From NCBI GenBank assembly GCA_905182125.1, contig CAJJAV010000006.1:94760-158759 (forward strand): a DNA stretch of 64,000 nt, given 5' to 3'. Below the pieces are notes generated by a model. The model did no database searches and had not been told where the DNA came from. It was given only the letters and a program-made list of their open reading frames with translations. Position 1 is the stretch's first letter. Each line of letters opens with the position of its first letter. Origin of the DNA: an uncultured Candidatus Poseidoniales archaeon (GTDB lineage: Archaea; Thermoplasmatota; Poseidoniia; Poseidoniales; Poseidoniaceae). The position numbers were made by a program, and so were the translations under genes. This document shows, piece by piece, positions 38,703 to 46,482 of the stretch.

Positions 38703-39928
38703 GCCAATTCATTCAGCAAATCGTTTTGCTCAGCGGCGCTCAGTGTTTCTTCCACCGGTGAAGCCTCTACTGCGATCAGTGGCGCGTCGGGAAGTGGCGC
38801 GTCGAAAGGCATAGGGCTGCCTGGCAAAGGCAGAGGTGGCGGCAATGGTGTGACGCTTGCGCCGAGCGTCAATGGAAGTGGCATTGGCGGTGGCAGTGGC
38901 GCAGTTGGAAGTGCGGTCTGAGTTGGCTGAGGTGGTGGCGGAGGAATCGCTTGGGGTGGCGGAGGAATCGCTTGGGGTGGTCGCGGTATGGCAGGAAGCG
39001 GTGTCGGAGGCACTGGCATAGGTTTGCTGGGCGTCGTTGAGGGGGGGCCGCTTTGCTGGGCCATTACAGGCGGGCTTAGAGGTGTTGGAACTGGAAGCAG
39101 AACTGGGGCGAGAGGTTCGGCTGAAGCTGGCACTGTCGCCTCGATCATCTGTGGTGGAGGCGCTTGAACTGGAGGGGGTGCAAGAACTGCTGCGTGTAAG
39201 TGCGTGACCTCATCGACGTTCAGTGTTCCCGTCCGAATAAACTCAGCCATGATGGGCCCGATGAGAGCCATGCTTGCTCGAAAGAATCCGCGATTGGTTC
39301 CATAGGCACGGAGAACGAAGCTGTGAGATCCACCCTGGTTAGAAAATTCGAGAATATGTGTTTCCAAATGCATCAAAATCCAACTGCGTACGCCGATGAT
39401 CATCAGCAGGGCTCCAAGCACCCCAAACGCAATCGAACTGGTCATAGCCATCAACAATCCGAAAAGAAAACTCCCAATCCAGAGCATTTGGTGCTGATGC
39501 ATCAGTTCATTGTGCTGATGATTGAAACCTGTGATGTCGCGTTTCACAGTCATTCGGACCTTCATTCGCCGATGCCCGTCGGCGCCGAGTTCTGTATCGA
39601 CAACACGCAAAAGGTCGTCGTCGACGATCATCGAGGTGGTTCGTCGCCCATCCGCAGTTTGCGCAAGGGGGTATTCCACCACCTGCTCGCCGTTTTGAGC
39701 CAGCACCGGAGCAGCCCTGACGGGGAGCCCCCATGCGGCGGGATGATCTTCTTCGGACGACTCTTCTTCAACGGGGGTTTCTTGTTCCTCCGGAGTTGGC
39801 TCAGAGGTGCTCGAAGGCACTTCATCGTCAACGGGAGCGTCGATGGTTTTCTCGTCTGGTTTGGCTTTTGGTTCGCCAAAGGGATCTGTATCGTCGTCGA
39901 ACCATCCTTGCTCTTCACCGTCGCCCAT
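38699..39928 (-). CDS. Membrane protein with acidic N-terminus, two TM helices and a ~150-aa proline-rich C-terminus
   Basis: 409-aa ORF 50 bp downstream of dnaG. It has PPQAIPPPPQAIPPPPPQPTQ-type repeats. Its stop overlaps the convergent 914-aa gene by 4 bp. Confidence 0.65.
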   Translation of the reverse strand: MGDGEEQGWFDDDTDPFGEPKAKPDEKTIDAPVDDEVPSSTSEPTPEEQETPVEEESSEEDHPAAWGLPVRAAPVLAQNGEQVVEYPLAQTADGRRTTSMIVDDDLLRVVDTELGADGHRRMKVRMTVKRDITGFNHQHNELMHQHQMLWIGSFLFGLLMAMTSSIAFGVLGALLMIIGVRSWILMHLETHILEFSNQGGSHSFVLRAYGTNRGFFRASMALIGPIMAEFIRTGTLNVDEVTHLHAAVLAPPPVQAPPPQMIEATVPASAEPLAPVLLPVPTPLSPPVMAQQSGPPSTTPSKPMPVPPTPLPAIPRPPQAIPPPPQAIPPPPPQPTQTALPTAPLPPPMPLPLTLGASVTPLPPPLPLPGSPMPFDAPLPDAPLIAVEASPVEETLSAAEQNDLLNELA

Positions 39929-39978
39929 AGAATAGCCTACAAGCGGCGCCTTAGATGAAGATGGCTGTTGAGGTCAAC

Positions 39979-41223
39979 TCAGCGGTGGACTTCGGAGAGC
40001 CATGCTGAAACGTCTTCTCGCTCTGCAAAGCCCTTGCCTGCCTTCGTACCAATGACGGTTTGAATAGCAGATTCGGATGCGATTTCGAGGGTTCGTTCGC
40101 TGACTGGACCATTGAACACAATGGCAACTGCGCCATCTGCTGCACCTGCGGCCTTCGAAAGAGTGGAAGGGCCAACCGGGTCAGAAACAGTGCCGTCAAC
40201 CATTACGAAAACGGCCTTGTTCTTGTCGAGGGAGTCGAGGTGGTCAAACATTTCATGAACTTCTGCTGGTGCTTCTGCAACAACAAATTCTTCATCCATG
40301 TCTTCGGCCCAGTTTTTGTCTGGAACGCCTGCTTTTTCGTCATCTTCCTCTTGCTTCTTCTTGAGGTTGTGAGAGAATTTGCTTGCTTCGACTTTCTTCT
40401 GAAGGCACATGGTAACTGTCTTTTGTGGTAGAAGTTCCCATTCTTGGCCGACTGGAGCTTGTGCCACAAAGTCAACTTTCATGATTTCCATAAGTTGGCT
40501 GAACAACATTTCGCCACCGCGGTCGCCGTCGATTGCGAGAATGACGGTTTCTTTGCTGTTGGCGAGGTCGATCAGTTCTTGCTTCATTGTACCAGCGCCA
40601 TCGGCGCTGATTGCGTTCTTAAGACCGCAGTTGAGCAAATTCCGAACATCGTTTCGTCCTTCCACGATAATCAGGGATGACGACTGTTCGATGTTTGGTC
40701 CACACGTTAGGCCGTGGAAGCTGGTTGCTGTGCCTGTTGTGAGAACGGAGCGGACTTCTTCGATAACGGTCTTCGATGCTGCTTCGCCAGAGTTGACGAG
40801 GCTGAGCAGGAGTTCTTTGGCTCGGTCGACGACTGCCGTACGCTTTGATGCACGGATATCGAGGATTTCGATGACGTTGATCTTAGCGCTGCATGGGCCA
40901 ATTCGGTCAATGGTTTCAAGCGCCGATGCGATGATCGCTGTTTCGACGTTGTCCAGGCTGCTCGGGATGATGATCATACCGTGGACTTTTCCGCCCTTGG
41001 TATCCATTTCCACGTCAACGTGACCTACACGTGCTGTGCGTTGCAATTTTCGGAGTTCAAGTTCATCGCCAAGGAGACCCTCGGTTTGACCCATAATGGC
41101 CCCGATGATGTCCTTGCGTTGGACCGTTCCGTTTACCTTAATATCAGCGCGAATTTGGTACTTCATCGCCTTGCTTTGTTTGTTGCCGCTGCTGCGGCCA
41201 CCAGAGTTGCTTCTTTTATTCAT
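39979..41223 (-). CDS. dnaG: Archaeal DnaG-type primase (TOPRIM)
   Basis: 414 aa. The archaeal DnaG N-terminal domain reads KYQIRADIKVNGTVQRKDIIGAIMGQTEGLLG. The TOPRIM Glu is in IIVEGRNDV and the DxD is in ILAIDGDRGGE. Confidence 0.9.
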   Translation of the reverse strand: MNKRSNSGGRSSGNKQSKAMKYQIRADIKVNGTVQRKDIIGAIMGQTEGLLGDELELRKLQRTARVGHVDVEMDTKGGKVHGMIIIPSSLDNVETAIIASALETIDRIGPCSAKINVIEILDIRASKRTAVVDRAKELLLSLVNSGEAASKTVIEEVRSVLTTGTATSFHGLTCGPNIEQSSSLIIVEGRNDVRNLLNCGLKNAISADGAGTMKQELIDLANSKETVILAIDGDRGGEMLFSQLMEIMKVDFVAQAPVGQEWELLPQKTVTMCLQKKVEASKFSHNLKKKQEEDDEKAGVPDKNWAEDMDEEFVVAEAPAEVHEMFDHLDSLDKNKAVFVMVDGTVSDPVGPSTLSKAAGAADGAVAIVFNGPVSERTLEIASESAIQTVIGTKAGKGFAEREDVSAWLSEVHR

Positions 41224-41413
41224 GTGAATGCCTCTTTTTTTCTATCAACCGCCCCGTTCCTTAGGGCGTGGGGCCACAATGGCCCAACAGTTCTTTGGCT
41301 GCTGCTTCAGATAAATCCGATGCTGCGTGAAAGGGAGGTGATGTTCTAACGGAGCAGCCTACCCCTTTTCAACCCTCTCCATAGAAAAGTCCAATTTTTA
41401 TCAGTTCCTGCTG

Positions 41414-41941
41414 ATGCAACGAATTCAAGAACAGGAACTCTTTGGTTGGAGCGTGACGAACGCTTCCTCTCGCAGTCTGGATGTCTTTCGCAGCACCATT
41501 GAGGTGATGCTTGTAGACGGTGTCTTGACCCGTGAGGAGAAGCGATTGATCATCAAACTCGCAAGCGCCCTCAACCTCACGCCAGAAGAACCGGCCATCA
41601 TCTATGAAGCCATTCAGAACAAGACTGAAACGGAGCCAGGCGCCCCAATCACCCCCATTCAGGCTCGGGAGATGTACACGAAGGTGTTCGAAGTGGCGAT
41701 CGTCAATGCCTCGCTTTCCCGGGACGAGTTTAGGGTTCTTGCACACCTCCGCTCTGTTTTTGATATTGACGAGGATGAACATCTGGCGATTGAAACTGAA
41801 CTTCGAGAAATTGTCAAGGAAAAATTCGAAGATCCAAACGTCATCGACAAGATGCTGTTGACCTTGCGAGATTCCGTTGGGTTGGTTGGGGACATTTTTG
41901 ACAGCGTTCGAAAAAAGACCTCCGACGGTGGCCCTGAATGA
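41414..41941 (+). CDS. TerB-like (tellurite-resistance TerB / DjlA N-terminal-like) domain protein
   Basis: 175 aa. It has two copies of the pattern hh.DG.h...E...h..h...L (IEVMLVDGVLTREEKRLIIKLASALNL and VNASLSRDEFRVLAHLRSVFDI). It is the first gene of an overlapping plus-strand operon. Confidence 0.6.
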   Translation: MQRIQEQELFGWSVTNASSRSLDVFRSTIEVMLVDGVLTREEKRLIIKLASALNLTPEEPAIIYEAIQNKTETEPGAPITPIQAREMYTKVFEVAIVNASLSRDEFRVLAHLRSVFDIDEDEHLAIETELREIVKEKFEDPNVIDKMLLTLRDSVGLVGDIFDSVRKKTSDGGPE

Positions 41942-42564
41942 ATGGGCAATTGGACCGTTTGTTGGCTGAACCACAGCCAAAGCTGCTCCGGTCCATCCGT
42001 AAAACCATGAAATTCATCCTGAAAGCCTACCACACCGGAGTTCCGGGTCTAATGGCGAAGCCTGCAACAGACTTGCTTGCGCACAGTGGCGGGTATTCAT
42101 TCCACGTCGGCTGCCCCAACCCGGAATTGAGAACAATTGCTTCCTGGTTGCTAACCTCGGGCAGTGATGATTATCGACGAGTCGCTCGCCTCATTCCTGC
42201 GCTTTGGAAACGACACGGTCAAGAAGACCTTGCCTTAGTTGGCCTTCTTCTTGCCAACATGTCGGAAATCGAACTTGGTGAAGAGCCGTGGATGGTGTTG
42301 ATTCACCTCTTCAATGAACAAGAACCCCTCGGGGCTCTGCTCGAAATCGCTGAAGAAATGATTCGTGGAGGGCACAGCATTCCCAGTGATCGGTGGTTGA
42401 GCGACATGGCGGGCCAAAGTCAGTTATGGCACCAGGTTGCGGTTCTGTTTCTGTCACTGAGAAAGGACGGCATGGGTGCGGCAAGGGGCTTGGTTGCAAC
42501 TGCTCCACGAGGCGGCGACCTGTTTGAGCGCATCCGTACCCGGTTGCTTTCGCAGGAGCATTGA
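41938..42564 (+). CDS. Hypothetical helical-repeat protein (weakly HEAT / DNA-alkylation-repair-like)
   Basis: 208-aa ORF with ATGA overlaps at both ends. The family call is weak. Confidence 0.5.
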   Translation: MNGQLDRLLAEPQPKLLRSIRKTMKFILKAYHTGVPGLMAKPATDLLAHSGGYSFHVGCPNPELRTIASWLLTSGSDDYRRVARLIPALWKRHGQEDLALVGLLLANMSEIELGEEPWMVLIHLFNEQEPLGALLEIAEEMIRGGHSIPSDRWLSDMAGQSQLWHQVAVLFLSLRKDGMGAARGLVATAPRGGDLFERIRTRLLSQEH

Positions 42565-42800
42565 AGCCCCGTCGCACAGAGCCCCCGTCGATGAGCGAAC
42601 GCTTCCTCCCGTCTGATGACCCCGTCCTTGAAGCGGTCTACCAATGGACCGTAGAACGAGACGCTCAGGATGTTCGGCGCTTACTGGAATGGTTGCCTGA
42701 AGCAAGATCAAGTCGTGAACGACGTGCTTTGTTGGAGCGGGTTCGTAGCCTCTTAGCAGAACTTGAGCGGGCGCTTGATGGACTGGACGAAATGGTCTGA
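42561..42800 (+). CDS. Small hypothetical helical protein
   Basis: 79-aa ORF with a 4-bp overlap with the upstream gene. Confidence 0.4.
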   Translation: MKPRRTEPPSMSERFLPSDDPVLEAVYQWTVERDAQDVRRLLEWLPEARSSRERRALLERVRSLLAELERALDGLDEMV

Positions 42801-42812
42801 GGTGTTCTCATC

Positions 42813-43313
42813 ATGGTGACTGCGTTCATCCTTGCTGGCGGCAAAAGCACCCGGATGGGGGAGGATAAGGCGTTGATGGCTGGGGGCGTTGAACGTCTCG
42901 TTCTCCTTGCACAATCAATTGGCATAGAAAGGGTTGTCACGCTATGTGGTTCTGAACGACGCAGGAGCATGTTTTCTGGGGAAGTATGGCCAGATCCGCC
43001 AGCCTCAAATTCGCTTATGGACGTGTTATATTGGTCTCTAAATCAGGTCGATGGTACGATTCAATTGATTCCTTGTGACGCGTTTAAGCTTGAAGAGGAG
43101 GGGCTTCTAGCCCTCATCAATTCCGGGGGTGGCGTCCCGTTCGACGGTCAAGGAAACCGTCAACCATTGCTGAGCAATTGCCCTCATGGCTGGACGCCAA
43201 AGACGGATGCGAAATCAATTCAAGATATGTTTTCTACGCTTCCGGATGTGAACCTCGGTTCACTCGAAAAACAAATGCAAAATTTCAACCGACCTTTTCC
43301 AACGGAGAGCTGA
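42813..43313 (+). CDS. MobA-like NTP-transferase (molybdenum cofactor guanylyltransferase family)
   Basis: 166 aa. AFILAGGKSTRMGEDKALM matches the LAGG.S.RMG.DK motif. The protein is short for MobA. Confidence 0.7.
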   Translation: MVTAFILAGGKSTRMGEDKALMAGGVERLVLLAQSIGIERVVTLCGSERRRSMFSGEVWPDPPASNSLMDVLYWSLNQVDGTIQLIPCDAFKLEEEGLLALINSGGGVPFDGQGNRQPLLSNCPHGWTPKTDAKSIQDMFSTLPDVNLGSLEKQMQNFNRPFPTES

Positions 43314-43929
43314 CCAAGCGATCGATAACCATTGGATAGAGAATATGTTCCTCTACTTTAACCCGCTCGGCCAACAAGCCAGTATCATCGCCGGGAAACA
43401 CAGGAACCCTTCGCTGAGCAAGGATGGCCCCTGTATCCATGCCTTCATCCACATAATGCACCGTACAACCTGAGACTTTGACTCCGCCAGCAAGGACGTC
43501 TTTGTGAGCGTGAGCACCGGGAAACGCAGGCAGCAAGGAGGGGTGGATATTGAGAATACGTTCCGGCCAGTTGTCGATCAAAAAGGGAGTGACAAGGCGC
43601 ATGTACCCACTCAAAAGAACCAGTTCGACTTCCGCCAATTCGAGGTGTTTTTGGATTGCTTGTTCGTGTTGTAGCCGGCGCTCGCTACGATCTGTTATGT
43701 TTGGCAACGGCACGCACACCGATTCGACACCCAGGTGTGCTGCGCGTTCCAGCCCCATGACGTCTGGACGGTCGGAGAGGACCAAAACAGTTTGATGCCC
43801 ACAATCAAGATTGGTTTGTTGGTGGCGGATCATAGCTTCCATTCCTGAGCCTGAACCAGAAATGAGAATTGCGCAGCGAATCGGTGTTGACGCGCTTCCG
43901 GCACGAAGAGGAGGATGGGGGTGCGCCAT
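43285..43929 (-). CDS. purN: Phosphoribosylglycinamide formyltransferase PurN
   Basis: The ORF track starts at TTG 43977, and ATG 43929 is the likely start. It contains ILISGSGSG, NIHPSLLPAFPG and GCTVHYVDEGMDTG. Its 3' end overlaps the convergent gene by 29 bp. Confidence 0.9.
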   Translation of the reverse strand: MAHPHPPLRAGSASTPIRCAILISGSGSGMEAMIRHQQTNLDCGHQTVLVLSDRPDVMGLERAAHLGVESVCVPLPNITDRSERRLQHEQAIQKHLELAEVELVLLSGYMRLVTPFLIDNWPERILNIHPSLLPAFPGAHAHKDVLAGGVKVSGCTVHYVDEGMDTGAILAQRRVPVFPGDDTGLLAERVKVEEHILYPMVIDRLVSSPLEKVG

Positions 43930-44005
43930 GGATGAGGGTGTTGTCACATGCCCTTGAGCGCTTCGGAGTCGCACCAATTGGTTTTTTATCCTCGCCCTTT
44001 AGCCA

Positions 44006-44530
44006 GTGTTGAGGGCAATGGGTAAAGATGTCGCTGCGGCCCCGGAAAAGGGCATTGGGGCCGATTTAGAGCCGGTGTCACTTGACCTCTCTAACGATGA
44101 TGAGGCCGTCATCCAACGTGTTCTCTCTGAACACAAACCTTCCAAAAACACCTTCATCCGCGGGCTATGGATCGTTGTCGGCTCACTCGCCGTCGTTTTC
44201 GCCGTCATTGGCATTGTGGTGCCGGGATGGCCGACAACATCGTGGCTTGTTCTCGCTGCCTACTGCTTTGCTCGATCGAGCCAGAAGTTGTTTCGCTGGT
44301 TGCTTACCAACCGTATCTTCGGTCCGGCCCTTCTCGAATATTACAGGTCTGGAAGAGCGTTGCCTTTACACTCAAAAATACTGATCAGTGCAATTATCTG
44401 TGTTGTATCTGGTGTCTCAATCTGGGGCATTACCAAAGCGGGCGACCCTGGTTATGGACAAACGCTCATCGCAGTTGTTGCGATCATTGGTGTCTGGTGG
44501 GTTGGATGGAAAGTGCCCACTGTTGATTGA
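44006..44530 (+). CDS. DUF454 (YbaN-like) inner-membrane protein
   Basis: 174 aa starting at GTG 44006, with ATG 44018 as an alternative. IGIVVPGWPTTSWLVLAAYCFARSSQKLFRWL matches the YbaN signature. Confidence 0.75.
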   Translation: MLRAMGKDVAAAPEKGIGADLEPVSLDLSNDDEAVIQRVLSEHKPSKNTFIRGLWIVVGSLAVVFAVIGIVVPGWPTTSWLVLAAYCFARSSQKLFRWLLTNRIFGPALLEYYRSGRALPLHSKILISAIICVVSGVSIWGITKAGDPGYGQTLIAVVAIIGVWWVGWKVPTVD

Positions 44531-44536
44531 ATCAGC

Positions 44537-44716
44537 CTAGTTCTTTGCTGGCGGCTGATAGTGATCGACCGTGTCTTGGCCTGCGTGTTCGTCGAAATTT
44601 GGCAGAAAACCATGGATAATCAATCGAATTGAACCAAGCGCAAACCAGAATGCCATTTTCCAAGCACCGATGAGGTGACTAAGGTAGGACTTGTTGATAT
44701 CTGCAAGATGCCCCAT
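44537..44716 (-). CDS. Small (59 aa) membrane-associated ORF below the ORF-track cutoff, DUF6356-like
   Basis: My hand translation gives MGHLADINKSYLSHLIGAWKMAFWFALGSIRLIIHGFLPNFDEHAGQDTVDHYQPPAKN*. GGAGG lies just upstream of the ATG, and the ORF is 44 bp downstream of purH on the same strand. Confidence 0.45.
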   Translation of the reverse strand: MGHLADINKSYLSHLIGAWKMAFWFALGSIRLIIHGFLPNFDEHAGQDTVDHYQPPAKN

Positions 44717-44760
44717 GCCCTCCGGTCACAACATCAAGGTATCAATCCTTGCGTGGTGAT

Positions 44761-46404
44761 TCAGTGCCGGAAAAGACGGTGCCCTGTGAACAGCATGGAG
44801 ATGCCTCGCTCGTTCGCAGCATCGATGACTTCCTGGTCCCGAATTGAACCCCCGGGCTGAACAATTGAGGCTGCGCCTGATTCTGCAGCTTGTTCGAGTC
44901 CATCTTTGAATGGGAAGAAGGCATCTGAAGCAAGTACGCATCCTTGGGCACGGTCGCCAGCTCGCCTTGCTGCAATTTTTACAGCTTCAACACGACTTGT
45001 TTGACCCGGCCCAATGCCAACGGTTGCAACGCCTTGGACCATGACAATCGCATTCGACTTTACTTGCTCACACACTCGAACGGCAAACTTCATGCTCGCA
45101 ATTTGAGATTCTGTTGGTGCGAGTTCCGTTGCGACCTTCGCTTTGCTCCAGTCGATGACTGGGGCTTCTTCGGTCTGAACAAGCCAGCCGCCTTCAATTG
45201 GCTTACGAACTAAAATTCGTTCGAGGGGGGAAAGACGATTGTTTGGAGAATCGATGGTGAGGATGCGGCGGTTTTTCTTTGCCATGACGATGTTTTTCGC
45301 TTCATCATCGTAAGCTGGCGCCATCAAAACTTCAATGAAAAGTGGTTCCATGGCTTGTGCAGTCGATGGTTCAAGTGGCTCGTTAAAACAGATGATTGAA
45401 CCGAAAGCAGATTCTGGATCGCTGGCCAGTGCTGCTTCATACGCTTCTAACTGTGTTGCGCCCAAAGCAGCACCACATGGATTATTGTGCTTGACGATGA
45501 TGCAGACATGCGGGGTTTCTGGCCACTCATCAGTTGAGAGGGCACGGCACAACCTCAGCGTAGCATCGGCGTCAGAATAATTGTTGTAAGACATTGGCTT
45601 CTCGCCTTCGACCTTGGCCGTAACAAGGGTAGTGTTGAGCCCTGTCGCTTTTGGATCGGTATAGAGCGCTGCTGCCTGGTGGCTGTTCTCGCCATAGCGC
45701 AGTGCATGTGATTTTGAAGCGGATGCCAGCAAGGTGTTGGGGAGACGAGCGGTTTGTTCGGCCGTGTCATCGCTGTGTTCGGGGCGTCCAATCCAGCGGG
45801 CGTGGAGTTCATCGCTGATCGCAGTATCGTAGGCTGCCGTGTGCTCATATGCTTCGAGTGCCAAAGCACGACGAAGGTCCAAACCAACACCTTCTGCGCC
45901 ACCGGCTGCATTGAGCGCTTCAACGATTGAAGGGTAACGCGCTGGATTGGAAGCAATAATCACGTTCCTGTGGTTTTTTGCTGATGCTCGAACCATTGTC
46001 GGGCCGCCGATATCGACCATCTCCAACAACGCAAGATCGTCGAGTGGTGGTTCTTGGCGAGCCGCATCGGAAAACGGGTAAAGGTTGCATGCCACAATTT
46101 GAATCGGAACATATCCAAGATCTGCGAGACCTTTGCGATCTGCTTCTGTTTCGAGCCTCGCCAGGAGTGGGCCGTGGATTGCAGGATGGAGGGATTTGAC
46201 TCGGCCATCGAATATTTCCGGGTGGCCGGTGATGTCGGACACGCCGATGACCTCCAAGCCTGCTGCCCGTAGAGTACGGGCGGTGCCACCTGTTGAAGCC
46301 AGCTCAAATCCGAGGTTCGCGAGGGATGTTGCGAATTCAACGATGCCTGTCTTGTCAAATACACTCAGGAGGGCCCGTGGACGGGAGGAAGCGGAAGTGC
46401 TCAT
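44761..46404 (-). CDS. purH: Bifunctional AICAR transformylase / IMP cyclohydrolase PurH
   Basis: 547 aa. It has an MGS-like N-terminus (RALLSVFDKTGIVEFA...LASTGGTA) and an AICARFT C-terminus (SDAFFPFKDGLE...IVQPGGSIRD). Confidence 0.95.
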   Translation of the reverse strand: MSTSASSRPRALLSVFDKTGIVEFATSLANLGFELASTGGTARTLRAAGLEVIGVSDITGHPEIFDGRVKSLHPAIHGPLLARLETEADRKGLADLGYVPIQIVACNLYPFSDAARQEPPLDDLALLEMVDIGGPTMVRASAKNHRNVIIASNPARYPSIVEALNAAGGAEGVGLDLRRALALEAYEHTAAYDTAISDELHARWIGRPEHSDDTAEQTARLPNTLLASASKSHALRYGENSHQAAALYTDPKATGLNTTLVTAKVEGEKPMSYNNYSDADATLRLCRALSTDEWPETPHVCIIVKHNNPCGAALGATQLEAYEAALASDPESAFGSIICFNEPLEPSTAQAMEPLFIEVLMAPAYDDEAKNIVMAKKNRRILTIDSPNNRLSPLERILVRKPIEGGWLVQTEEAPVIDWSKAKVATELAPTESQIASMKFAVRVCEQVKSNAIVMVQGVATVGIGPGQTSRVEAVKIAARRAGDRAQGCVLASDAFFPFKDGLEQAAESGAASIVQPGGSIRDQEVIDAANERGISMLFTGHRLFRH

Positions 46405-46482
46405 CAGAAGTACCCGTTATCCAATCCATTGGTCCGATGATATTGAACATAGCGACCCCTTTTGTTGAGGTTTTTGGCGTGT

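Noticed and set aside
39200-39958. A 252-aa plus-strand ORF opposite the Pro-rich membrane protein gene.
   Set aside because: It is antisense to a CDS with clear TM helices and proline repeats (CCN codons give GGN-rich open antisense frames). It has no start context.
41325-41350. A perfect SD followed by a two-codon mini-ORF (GGGAGGTGATGTTCTAA) upstream of the TerB-like gene.
   Set aside because: It may be a chance occurrence or a leader peptide. With only Met-Phe-stop and no attenuator structure that I could fold, I do not call it a feature.
41369-41980. A 203-aa minus-strand ORF fully antisense to the TerB-like gene.
   Set aside because: The plus-strand ORF has a recognisable domain pattern and is translationally coupled to the next two genes. 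The antisense product has no motif or start context.
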